From Seison nebaliae (lineage: Eukaryota), in NCBI GenBank assembly GCA_023231475.1, contig JALJEE010002357.1, forward strand, positions 1 through 42,076: 42,076 bases of DNA. Direction: 5' to 3'. This document shows, one piece after another, positions 11,184-23,174 of the stretch. The position numbers and the translations under genes were made by a program. Under the pieces are notes generated by a model. The model searched no databases. It worked only from the letters and a program-made list of their open reading frames with translations, and had not been told where the DNA came from. Every line of letters begins with the position of its first letter. The stretch's first letter is position 1.

Positions 11184-13725
11184 ATGTCTGACGAAGTGAA
11201 ATTGATTGCTCCAAGAGCATTGGCAGCTAATTCGGAGTATGCCACTTGGACTGATCATACCGTTCCTTATAAGGGCCAAGATTATTATGAATTGAAAGAG
11301 GCATATCAAGGTAGTTTATTTGAAGATAATGCATTTCCTGCAAAAGGTTCATCACTCTATTATACTCAAATGCCATCACGCGGTATCAAATGGAAGAGAC
11401 CACACGTTTCCATTCTCTTTAAGAAATGAAGTTTTAATGAAAAAAATTTGTTATTTTAAAAGGAAATTTGTCGAAATCCAAAATTCTTTGTAAATGAAGC
11501 AACCCGATTCGATTTAGATCAGGGTTATGTTGGTAATTGTTGGTTTATCGCTGCCGTTGTAGCGATAACACAAAATGAGAAGTTATTAAATAAAGTTGTG
11601 CCGCATGATCAAGATTTTGATGATGCAGATTATTGTGGAATTTTTCATTTCCATTTCTGGCAATTCGGCAAATGGTATGACGTTGTAGTAGATGATCGTC
11701 TACCAGTATGGAATGATGGATCACTCGTTTATTGTTCGAATAAACAAGAGAAGAATGAATTCTGGGCAGCACTTTTAGAGAAAGCTTATGCTAAATTAGG
11801 AGGAGCATATGAATGTTTGGAAGGTGGATTCACCACTGATGCATTAATTGATATGTCTGGTGGAATTCAAGAGAATTTCACTGTGAAAGAAATTGGGAAT
11901 AAAATGAGATTTTTCGATTTATTGAAACAATGTAAGATGCTCCAATCTATGATGGGTTGTTCGATAAATGCTGATCCTTATGTGAAAGAAGCTAAATTAG
12001 ATAATGGTCTAGTTCGTGGTCATGCTTATACGATTACGAATGTTGTAGAAATTGAAGGTGATCCAAGTGATTTACCGTTACAATTGGTTAGATTAAGGAA
12101 TCCATGGGGTAATTCTGTTGAATGGAATGGTGATTGGAGTGATCGATCTCGAACATGGGATAATGTTTCTGATGAGGATAAGGAACGGATAAATTTCACT
12201 CGAGAGAGTGATGGAGAATTTTGGATGTCATATGATGATTGGTGTAAATGGTTCGATCGTGTACAAATTTGCAATTTGACACCTGATGCTTTATATGGTG
12301 AATTTAAAGAGACAACTAATGACGTTTAATTCTCTCTTTTTCTCTCTCAATTCTCAATAAGTTTTATCTCCTCATTTTTTTTAGGATTCTGATTTAGCTT
12401 GGTGCTTAACTGAGTATCATGGAGAATGGAAAGATGGTTGTACTGCTGGTGGTTGTGGTAATCAACCGAGTAAATGTTAGTTCTCTTATTCTCTCTCTTA
12501 TTATGTGGAATAATAAACAAATATGAAAAATAGATATGTATTGGACGAATCCGATGTATCTCATAAAAATGACAGAAGTCGATATGTATGATAATGACAA
12601 TAAATGTACGATGGTTGTATCAATGATGCAAAAGGATTCAAGACAACGTCGTCTTGATGGTGGAGATGCGGGGGAATATTATATTCAATTTCGAGTTTAT
12701 CGATTAATCGATGATTCCGATCTTCCATCTGCTACAGAAGAAGAAGTGAAATTTCGACCAAATCAATTGAAGAAAATTTCATCAAGTGGCGCTTATATCA
12801 ATCAAAGAGAAGTGACTGCAAGATTACGTGTCGATCCTGGATGGTATGTCATCATGCCAAGTACATTCGAAAGAGGAAAAGAAGGAGATTTTGTTATTAG
12901 AATATTCTCGGAAAATACTGCCGATTATGTGAATAAATTGAATGAAGATCGTTCAGAAGAAGAATGTGAAGATGATCCAAATTGGGAGGAACAATTCTTC
13001 ACCGAATGGGTTCCACTCGTTCCTGGTTTCGATCCCGATCTACCAGCTGATGGACCAGCACCTGGACAAGAAGCATTTGGTGGTGGATCAAATGTTGATG
13101 ATTTGCCAAGTGGTGGTGGTGGTGGTGGTGGAGGAATGGATATATTTGGAGGAGGTGGTGGTGGAAGTGGAGGTGGAGGAATGGATATGTTTGGAGGAGG
13201 TGGTGGTGGTGGATCCGATCCATTTTCCGCTTTGTTAGGAGGCGGAGGTGGTGGTGGAGGTGCAGATTTAATTAGTGGACTTCTCGGTGGTGGTGGTGGC
13301 CGAGGTGGTGGTGGCGCCGAACAACTCATCGGTGGATTATTGAGTGGAGGAGGAGGAAGTGGTGGAGCAGCTAATTTAATCGGTGGTCTTTTGAGTGGAG
13401 GAGGTGGAAGTGGCGGTGGAGGAATGGGCGGAGCTGGAAATCTCATTGGAGGATTATTGAGTGGCGGCGGTGGTGGTGGCGGTCAAGGCAGTTATAAAAT
13501 TTTTCAAATTCATTTTTTAAATTTTTTTAACTTTTATCAGATATGGGAAATTTAATTGGAGGAATGGGAAATCTGTTATTAGGTGGTGGTGGAAGTGGCG
13601 GAGGTCGAAGAGGTGGCAATGCCGGTTATGGCGATATAGCGAACGACATCTTTGGCGGAGGTCGTAGTGGACCAATGGCACCACCAGCTAATCCAATTCC
13701 AAAAGAAGTTTGTTCAATTCAATAA
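11184..13725 (+). CDS. Calpain (CysPc + CBSW/C2-like domain) with Gly-rich tail and C-terminal CaaX, no penta-EF-hand
   Basis: Exons 11184-11405, 11463-12323, 12385-12475, 12534-13490, 13541-13725. Catalytic triad intact: QGYVGNCW, GLVRGHAY, LRNPWG. Also FEDNAFP, WKRPHEI, VVDDRLP, EFWAALLEKAYAKL, DGEFWMS, and domain III motifs TAGGCGN, YWTNPMY, REV, IMPSTFE, FVIRIFSE. The protein ends …KEVCSIQ*. A possible upstream mini-exon ATGAGGAAA (10975-10983) would add MRK. Confidence 0.93.
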
Positions 13726-14523
13726 ATTGTTGGGGGATAAATTGAAAAGAATAAAGAAACAACCTCACAACTCAAACATCATTATAACATATTAAGAATT
13801 GCTTTAATATTTGGACCATCTGAAAAAAAATTCCAAAATAAATTTTTATTTTTTTTTCTTTGTCATAAAATCCGAATCACATCATTCTCCCGCCATATGA
13901 GATCGATAATGAGAAAAAAGATTTTCGAACCAAATTCATTTCATTATTGATTCATATCTCCAATTCATCCGCTTCCTTCTTCTCAAAATGAAAACCATCT
14001 TCTTTTGTAGATTGTTGTTAGAAATATAAATATATAATTTTTCTAAAATTATTATTTCGTCGATTTTACTCAAGAAATCATCTTTCTTCTTCAATGCTCT
14101 TCGTCTTGTACTATTCTTTCTTCATTTTGCATTTACAGTAATTATCTAGAAATTTTTATTTGAAATAAAATTTGAATCCTTAAAAATTTCACTTTACATC
14201 ATTTTCTTTCGTTTCTTTCCACGGTTTGAACTTAAAAAAAAAATTCCTAATTTAGTCTTTGACTGATAATGTTAATGAATGATGAATTGTCCGTTGGGAG
14301 GGAAATGTGAGAAATGAAAAAGTCAAAATTGAATTAAAATCAGTTTAACGAATTGTTGAGCGCACTTTTATTATTTGTTTGTGACGTATATTTAAATGAA
14401 TATTGACAATTAGATTTAATTGCGCTTTTCCCATAAAAAGAGTTGAATTAAGAGAATCGAAAAAGAAAAAGATTTTTTGTCATTTTTTTTCAATTTCTAA
14501 ATCGTTTCGACAAAATATCAATA

Positions 14524-16632
14524 ATGTTCCCGAAGAAGCAACCACCAAAAACATCGAAGCATGCCATTGGATGGAAAGTAAAGAATAAGATGCCTCAGTT
14601 ATTAATTATTAGTAATGATCATATATCATATATATATATCATCCACAGGTTAGGAAAACAATCATTTTTAGGTGATCAGAATTTGGCCGAATCGAATGAA
14701 CGATTATTGCGAGGAATTGTCAGTGTTAAATCGAATTATGATCGTGAGCATTTACGAAAACGATGGGAAGTTATTCTCTTTTGTAGTTGTGGATAAACTG
14801 TCTTTTTAATATCCTTCTTTTTCTCGACATTTGTTAGACTCATGAGAGATATATGTTACGACGTCAAATTAGTCGGGGAATGAGTTATGTCACTTCAAGT
14901 CTATCTAATTCCAATAAAGTTTCTTTCTAATTCAATAAATGATATATATGATGTATTGATATAGTATACGTCGCGATCACATCGTCCATTTCGACGACAA
15001 TTACCTAGTGACGATCTTACCGCCTACACTTCACCCCATGTTTCCGAGGAACATGGAATAAAGAAAATGAGGGGTTCCTCAGGCAAACGACTCCTCCCTC
15101 GATGCACTAACGAACAACCGGTATTGAATGAAATGAGCAATAGTAACAACAACAATATGATTAATAGCGTGAAGAAGAAGTTGAGAGGACCGACACGTCC
15201 ACCATTCATCCTTTTGAATCATGCGCCACCCTCTTTAACTCAACCTATTGAGAATGCACGATTAATGCACGAAAGTGTAATGAAGGATAAGGATCGACTT
15301 CAAATCGTTCGTAAGTATGACAAAACGGTCCAAGAGACGAATAAGTCGAAAATCGCACAACAGTTAAGGAAGAAGAAACCCGATTCGAATTTACCTCCAT
15401 TGCCAGTAAAGAATCGTAAAACGATTCCAAATAAAACCGTTCAGAAAATCAGTCCGAGAATGAAGGAGAATGTTGAGAAGAAACCGGTTGAGAAGAATGT
15501 GCCCAATAAGGCTGAAATGAAGAAGGACAATGGGCTTTTGGAAGGTGAAGAACGATTCAGTTCGTCCACCATGAACATGTGGAGTTATTACGATATGGAA
15601 ACAATGAAAAAGATTGAAGAGAAAGGTAAAGGAGGCGAGAGTGAAGATGAAAGTGGTAAATTGTTGGAGGGGAATGTGGACGAGATGGAGAATAATTCGG
15701 ATTCGAAAGATGAAACTAATTATGAATTGGATCATTTCAAACTGAAACCGAACGAACAAATGCGAACGATTATGGAATTGAATGAGCAGTTGAAAGAATT
15801 GAACATTCACGATTTGGATAATTTGGCAGTAGAATTTCTCATTGATGGTCCCCAATCCACCGTAGGTAATGGTAATAATGAGATTATTGATGAGGACCTG
15901 GTGAATCATGAGAATGAAGAAGAGAAATTATTTTCTGAATTCCATTCGAAGTCTCCCGAAGAAATTATTGAAGTGGAAGATGAAAAGAAAACGGATCTCT
16001 CACGAACACAATCCACCGAATCTTTGAAACGAATGGAAATCAACTCGTTGACTTGTGGTAATAATGAAGTGTTGGAAGTAGAGGAGGAGGGAGAGAGTCG
16101 AAATAAATTACCAAACGAAATGAACAAAGCCAATTCGAGAAAAAAGACAAAACAAAAAAAATCTACTAATATGAAGACGATTCAATTGACTGAAACGATG
16201 TCATTCACATCTGAATCAAGTAATAATTACTCGAGTTCTTCTGATTCATCCGATTCCGAATCAGATTCCGATTCTGAATCCCAATCCGGTTCATCATCCG
16301 ACTCCGATTCCGATGACGAGTCATCTAATGGTGGAGATTCGGTAAATAACGAGATGATTCTTTGTGAGAAAGATGATGAGGTGAACATAGAAAAATTCCA
16401 ACAATTAACTCTCGTTGAGTCGAAAGAGAAACAGGTCGATCAAATTCCAGAGGAAGAAATGAGTTTAATGGATAATTCGGATGATGGCGACAGTTGTGAC
16501 GAAGCAGAAGCAGATGATGATGATGAAGATGATGATGACAATTCGGGTAAAGTGATAATGTCATCGACGGATGATGAGTTCGGTTACGACATCGAATATG
16601 AGAAAGATAAACGGAAAATAAATGAGAATTAA
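14524..16632 (+). CDS. CFAP97/KIAA1430 (Hemingway)-like protein with long acidic Ser/Asp/Glu-rich tail
   Basis: Exons 14524-14597, 14649-14769, 14838-14918, 14965-16632 splice in frame into the 521-aa ORF. The segment LAESNERLLRGIVSVKSNYDREHLRKRWETHERYM resembles the KIAA1430 domain consensus (ENxRLLxRLxxVKPxYxRxxxxxxWxxHxxY). The gene is well supported; the family assignment is tentative. Confidence 0.55.
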
Positions 16633-19600
16633 TTGAATTGAAAAGAAGAACATTCTCTCAACATTCTCTCCCATTTTCTTACGTAAATGGAAAGTTAAAT
16701 TTAAATGGAAGAAGAAGAAGAAGAAGAATATAAAGATGAAAAATCAGTAACATTATAAGACTAAAAGAATTCGTTTATCTTCTTTCAATAACACATCTCT
16801 CTTTCTCTCATTTAGAATCGACTTCAATTTATTTATTTTCTTTCACATTTTATTGTTGATTCTCAATCTTCTCCAACTATGTATCGTGTTTGTCTGAATC
16901 TGTCGTCTTCCATCTCACTCTCGTCTTTTTCCACGAAAATGAATCGTAGAGTTGTGCGTAAGAGAATAGGTCGAAAATGAGAAAAGAACTACTGTCTATC
17001 CAAAAACAAACGTGGAAAAAAAAACGAAAGAAGAATTTCGAGAAATTTTCTTTCATTCGTAAGTAAACAGATCTTATTTTAGATTCGTCTTTCTGAAGAT
17101 TAATCGGAAGAACCAAATGGAAAGCATGAATTGTAGAAGAAATTACATTGTCATCAAACGGCAGATTGGTTTGTGGAAATAGTCTTATTTGTTTGTTTGT
17201 TTGTTTATTTGATTGATTGATGTGTTTGGAGGGGGGAATTGGTCGAGATGTTTCTCTCCCGATCCCAATTAAAGGGAGTGAACGACGATCATAACGCTTC
17301 CAATAATAATTATATATCAATTTAAACGATAAGAACTGGAAATTGGATGATTTCCATATCCGAATTGTCATGAAAGAAATGTTTTTCCATTAAAAAAAAA
17401 AGGTCTAAATGAATTGAGTGAAATGAGGAAAAATAATTATCGAATCGATGATATGTTCTTGTCGCTTGTTTTTCTTTCTATCCTGTTATTCTAATCGTCA
17501 ACGATATGATGACACATTCATACTTGTATATATCAATGATGATATGACGATTATTTGTAAATGGAAAGATATTGAGAATAATGAGTAGTTTGAAAAAAAA
17601 ATGTTTTTAGAAGAAAATAAAAAATTGGAATAAATGAATAGACAGATTGATGGATGAGATTGATAGACCTGACGGATCAGCAATTCATCATGGATTGCGA
17701 GAGAGTATGGATGAGTATATCTCCCTATAATATCCCTATATAATCTCTATTACATATAGTAATTTTGTGTCTATAGACTATCCTCCCCAGACAGATATCG
17801 AAGTATTAAGCGAAAAAGAGTGGAAGAGAAAAAGTTTTTTAACGGCAGTCTCTTAATCCAACGCATCCGACATCTTAATCCGATGCTTCTGTTTTCTTCA
17901 CATTTCGAATTAGATGTAGTTATACTACTGTTGTTATTCATATCACCTATTGTGATAAGTGAGAACGTTGTTGTTGGTATCATCGTTCATTTTCGTCTTA
18001 TTATCTTTCGTTGTAGTTATTTATGATTATTGACGACAGTGGTTCCACCGATGATTAATAATGATAATGATGATGATGATGATGATGTTGTTGACGATGT
18101 ATAGAAAGAAAGTTGACAATCCGAATGATAATGATGATTCTGTTCGTGCTATTTCATTTTGACCATTTCCATATAGTCGAATCTCTCATCGTTTGTGATT
18201 GATCGCTTTGTCCCTCTCTTCCATTTCACAGTTCGTCCTACCTGGTACAAGTGATGATGATTTGAATACTTCTACATCTTTCTTATGATTTGTGGACAGA
18301 CGAAAAATAAAGATTCTTTCCAAAACATTTCTTTTTCCTTCCATAATACAAGTGAAATTCTCTCAATCGATTGTCCTCCCCCCAACACAAATCATGTCGA
18401 CTCAACTGTAATTATTCTCCCGAAACTTATTCTTCTCATCATCTATTGTTAGCGAAGAAATCACGATGATGAATAGCTAATATATATATCATTCCTCGTC
18501 GATCACATCGATTGGCAGTCTAGTCTATATCTCATCATCTTTTGTACTAGATTCATATAAATCTATCCCATCCAAAAAAATACATATGGACTAGGTATGT
18601 TCGATTTATGTTTTCTCATTCTTTCCTTTTATTTCGAACATCGTCATTTATTCACGTTCGTTCACTCCATGTGATATTATATTCATTCACCAATTTAACG
18701 AACGAATTAATTTCCTAATAAAAATAAGTTCAGAAGATTCATGGTGCTTCTGATGGTTTTTCTTTCCCTCATAAGAGATTTATTATCCTTCTAACATCTT
18801 CACTCAATCTTCCTTGCCTTCCCCCTTCCTTTAACTTCACTCTTTTATTTCAACAAACTGAAGAAGAGAAGGTATTACTCAATGAATTATTCTGATTAAT
18901 CACGCTATGTCTTTATATGTGGAAAGATTCGATGAAAAAAGATTGAATTCTGCTTCTTCCGTCTTTATTTCCAATATTCATTTCTCCCAATTTTGTTTTC
19001 ATCTTACTTCACCATCACTCATGGATGCGATGAAAAGAAGAAAATTATTTAACTGATGTCTTCTCTCTAATTCGAGATGAATCGTTCGCATCTATTAAAC
19101 GTTCACCATCTCAACAACATCCATTTCCTTCAAAACACAAATTCATTCTCTACAGTTCGTCATTTAATCCATTACCACATTGTATGATTGTCCGTGTACT
19201 GTATGCGTCCAATGTGATCGATGTTAGACAGAAGAGAAAATTTCGTCTCTATATTATGGTGATGGAATGAAGAATTAAAGGATTTAACTTCCGTTTCTAC
19301 GCTCTCCCCTCACCGTCAAAACCGACAAAAAGGGAAACATGTTCTTCCATTTCATTCAATCTTCTTCTTCCATATGAGAGATTGAAGGAGAGTATAAATT
19401 ACTTGAAACTAAGAAAATAAATAAGAAAAGAATTCATGTAATCCACAACAATCTGTTACTGCGAATAACCATCATCGATCGAATGATAGGAAATTAGACA
19501 TTGATTCTATTTATCTGTTAATGTTTTCTCATTCCAACTCTTTCTTTCCATTGACAATTTCATTCACATTGTTCTCATGAACATGTTGTCGTATTAATGT

Positions 19601-19967
19601 TTTTTTTTTTTATAAAGTTACGTATTAGACATCCAATTTAACATTTACATAATTCTTCCATCTCCATCATTATCCATTCTCTTCTCTTACCAATCTTCAG
19701 TATCTTCCACAATCCAACAAATTTCTCATTCTTTCTCCAATTTCAAATTTTTATTGAAAAACTTCTTTTTTCTATTTGAAAACCAAAAAAAAAAAACGTT
19801 TTTTTAGATTTTCTTCCATTTTCAAATCCCGTCAAAAACACCAAATTTGTCTTAATGAAACTATTCCAAAATAATGGTAATCATTATTTCTGATTTTTAA
19901 AGACGAATTCTCTTTCAGTTAACTCAACAATGAACTTAACGAATCGACTAATTATTCTTGAGAGACT

Positions 19968-22337
19968 ATGGCCAACATAAAATCATGTTTTATGAAAGTT
20001 TTCCTCATACTAATTCTCATTTCTCATTCAAGTACCGGTGTCCGTTAGTCAATCATCTACTTCTTTCTCCCTCTCATCATTTCTTATGATTCCATTTAGT
20101 ATCTAATTCAACTTCAGCCATAAAATTTCCTTCTAATCAAAACAAATCAACAAAATCCGACATGTCTAACAACCACGATGAGAGATCGTCGTTAAGAGTT
20201 GTAAACGAAAAGAATTTTAATGATATTTTCGGAGTGGTTGAAATCGAACCCTCCACCAAACTTCCGACATATGAACCGATTCTAACATTTTTAACAAAAG
20301 CAAAAAGAAAATTGATTAATCCAACTACTTCCACTACCACTTCCTCCACCACTTCTAATGACGACTCAATATTATTAATGTCCGACGATATAAACCATAA
20401 AACGACTAGTGGATCATCCGTCGAATTGGAGAATGATAAACATAAATTCTCAAATAATAATCCACTATTCTCCAACCAATTCAACGAGAGTGTTACATTA
20501 CCAAATATCCGTCGAAAACGAACATCGAAACCGACAACGGCAGTTGAAACCGAATTAATTCTCCTCGACATTTTCAACGAACCAGCTGATGATATTAAAA
20601 CTACAACTGGTATTAGTGGGCAACGTGCACTACGATCAACAGTCGCCGAATATTTTATTTGTACGGATGACGGATATTTTCCCGATCCGAAAGATTGCTC
20701 ATTATATCACATTTGTTTAGATGGAATCCATCAGGTACGAGCATGTGAGGAAGATACATTGTTTAACTCCAAATTAAAACGATGTGATTGGCAATTTAAT
20801 GTGGATTGTGGAAGCAAATCGATACCGAAAGCACATAATATTAACGGGAAATCTGTTGAGGATAAGAAGAAGAAGAAGAAGAAGAAGAATTTAAGTTCAT
20901 CATCATCATCATCAGAAGCATCAGTGGAATTATCGTCAGATAAATTAGTGAAATCTAATCATCCTTCAACCATATCATCAACTACCGAAATATCGACAAC
21001 AACTGTTCGTCCATTTCCATGGCCCGATCTTCCATGTAAACGAGGTGATTCCGGTGTCTATCGTATCGATGAATTGGATTGCAGGAAATATGTTTATTGT
21101 CAACAAGGTTCTATTCTAGAATATAACTCATTTAAATAAATCTCTTTTTTCAAGGTGATCCCAAAGTGTTCAGTTGTAAAGGTGGCACCATTTGGAACAA
21201 TGATAAAGAAAATTGTATTTGGCCATCAAAAAACAATAAATGTTTTCCATTTTCATTCGCTCCCAATAATTGATAATTCGATTGATCTAGGTATAAAGAA
21301 TGCAGAAAAACATTTACGAGAAGAAGAAAAAGAAGATAAAGAGAAATCGAAAAATATTTCCAAAGTTGATTTCCAAACGACGAACGGGTCGAAGAACGAT
21401 GAGAGCGAAGAAGAAGAAGTGATTACAGAAATCATTCCACAAAATATTACCATTTCCCCCAATTCCTTAGAAGCGGTTTATGGGTCAATTGTTTGTCCGT
21501 TTACGGAAAAACCGAAATATCTTCAAGATCCTTGGGATTGTTCCGTCTATCATGCTTGTCACCAAGGTAACGATATCGTTCGTGCTTGCACGCCCGGACT
21601 CTATTTCAATATCAAACGATCGATATGTGATTGGCCGTTTCGTGTGAAATGTTATTGTCAATATATTTTCCAAAGTTTCTTTAATTCAATTCTAATTCGA
21701 ACAGGTCGTCCTCGATGTCCCAATAATATCGATGCAACTCGTTTTGTTGATCCGACGAGTGTGTGTCGATATTATGAATGTTATTTCGGCCGTTTAGTTA
21801 CCAGATTCTGTCGTTATCCGCAGTATTATAATGCATTCAATAAGAAATGTGAAAATTATCGTAACGTTCCATTGGGTAGTCGTCGTGCATGTACGAAACA
21901 ATGTTCATTTCATTTATTTATATTTAATTCATATTTTACTCATTCTTTTTATTTTTTTGTTCATTCAGGTGAATATATTCGAACGCCTGACTCCTTAATG
22001 TGTGATTTAATGCCAGGTTGCGATAAACGACCGAATGGCGTCTATTTGAATTCTGCTCAACAAGATTGTCGTCATTATTATGTTTGTTTCGATGGAAGGG
22101 CATACAATTTGTCGAGTTGTGCGTCTGATGAACGATTCAATCAATACGAGGGAAGATGTATGCCGAAGGCGGATGTCCAATGTCCCACAAGTTCTTCCTT
22201 TTATTTCTTTTAATTCCTCTCAAATCATTTCTTCTTTTCCCTAATTAGACGGAGATCAATCGCTTTTCTTATTGAATCTTTTCCATCATCTTCTCATCAT
22301 GATAATGGGAGGAATCTTTCAAAAATTAATTGTATAA
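19968..22337 (+). CDS. Secreted peritrophin-like protein with five chitin-binding type 2 (CBM14) domains, probably GPI-anchored
   Basis: Exons 19968-20043, 20100-21107, 21155-21241, 21291-21650, 21705-21902, 21969-22190, 22249-22337. Signal-like N-terminus (MKVFLILILISHSSTG), Ser/Thr-rich linkers, an RRKR furin-type site, five Cys-patterned domains (e.g. CTDDGYFPDPKDCSLYHICLDG…CEEDTLFNSKLKRCDWQFNVDC) and a hydrophobic C-terminus (NGDQSLFLLNLFHHLLIMIMGGIFQKLIV*). Confidence 0.9.
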
Positions 22338-23174
22338 ATGAAAAAGAAATAATGTCAAATTCTTTTTTTTTTCTTCATTCCAACAATTTTACTCGATGTC
22401 TCTTCGAATCTGTTTCTTCTTTTATCGACTTTATCTCATTAATCTCCTCCCACTCCTTCTTCTCCCTCCACCACCACCATCACCATCACACTCGGAGACG
22501 AATTTTCTGTAATAAATAAACATAAATTTTCATAATTTGCAAATAATTTATTATTCGTCATTCTATAAAAAACGAGAGCATTGCTACGTTTTGTTCTGAT
22601 ATATACAAAATTGGAAAAGGAACACACACCCGATAGAAGAGCGGTCTAAAGGAGAATTATAAAAAAGAATGTTAATGTAATACATCGAAAATATCGAACT
22701 GAAAAAGAAGAAAAATTTTCTTTAAAAAAAATAGAGAATTAATTTGTGAAATTCATCATCATTCAAAGAGAATGGATATCTGATGAAAAAGTGAGAAACG
22801 AGGATTGTATATTAGATGAGAAAAATATATGATTCGTCTTTTTTTGGTTTTGTTCTATATGCCACAATGTAAATGAGAAAAATGTAACGAATTGTCGAGA
22901 GAAAAATTGTCGGAAAAAAACAAAGAAATTTTCGTGAAATTTCGAAATAGTTTGACATTTGAGTGGGATGACTCTCTTTAGTGTTGAGATAAATTCTGGA
23001 TAAATAAAATGATTTGTATATGAAATTGAATGGGACTCAATTGAACGTATTATTGATAGTGAATTGATGAGAGGAAATAATAAAAGTGGAAAAAGAAACA
23101 TTTGCTCAATATAAGAAAAAAACGGAATTGAAATATTTCAAAGAATTAGTTGCTGGTGAAAAGAATTAGTATAT

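Noticed and set aside
12925..13446. 173-aa Pro-rich (formin-like) minus-strand ORF and the overlapping His-rich and Val-rich ORFs
   Set aside because: Antisense and alternate-frame shadows of the calpain GGT/GGA poly-Gly codons.
16700..19900. Short ORFs and (GAT)n / (TTTG)n runs between the CFAP97-like and CBM14 genes
   Set aside because: No motifs or consistent exon chain found; treated as intergenic or UTR sequence.
7905..22337. Chitin/GlcNAc gene cluster (AMDHD2 plus CBM14 protein), or horizontal transfer of nagA
   Set aside because: The genes are 10 kb apart with unrelated genes between them. AMDHD2 has introns and the eukaryotic QxN motif.
22763..23101. 112-aa minus-strand ORF with a signal-peptide-like start
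   Set aside because: Phe/Ile/Ser bias is expected from T-rich non-coding DNA; no domain recognised; likely UTR.
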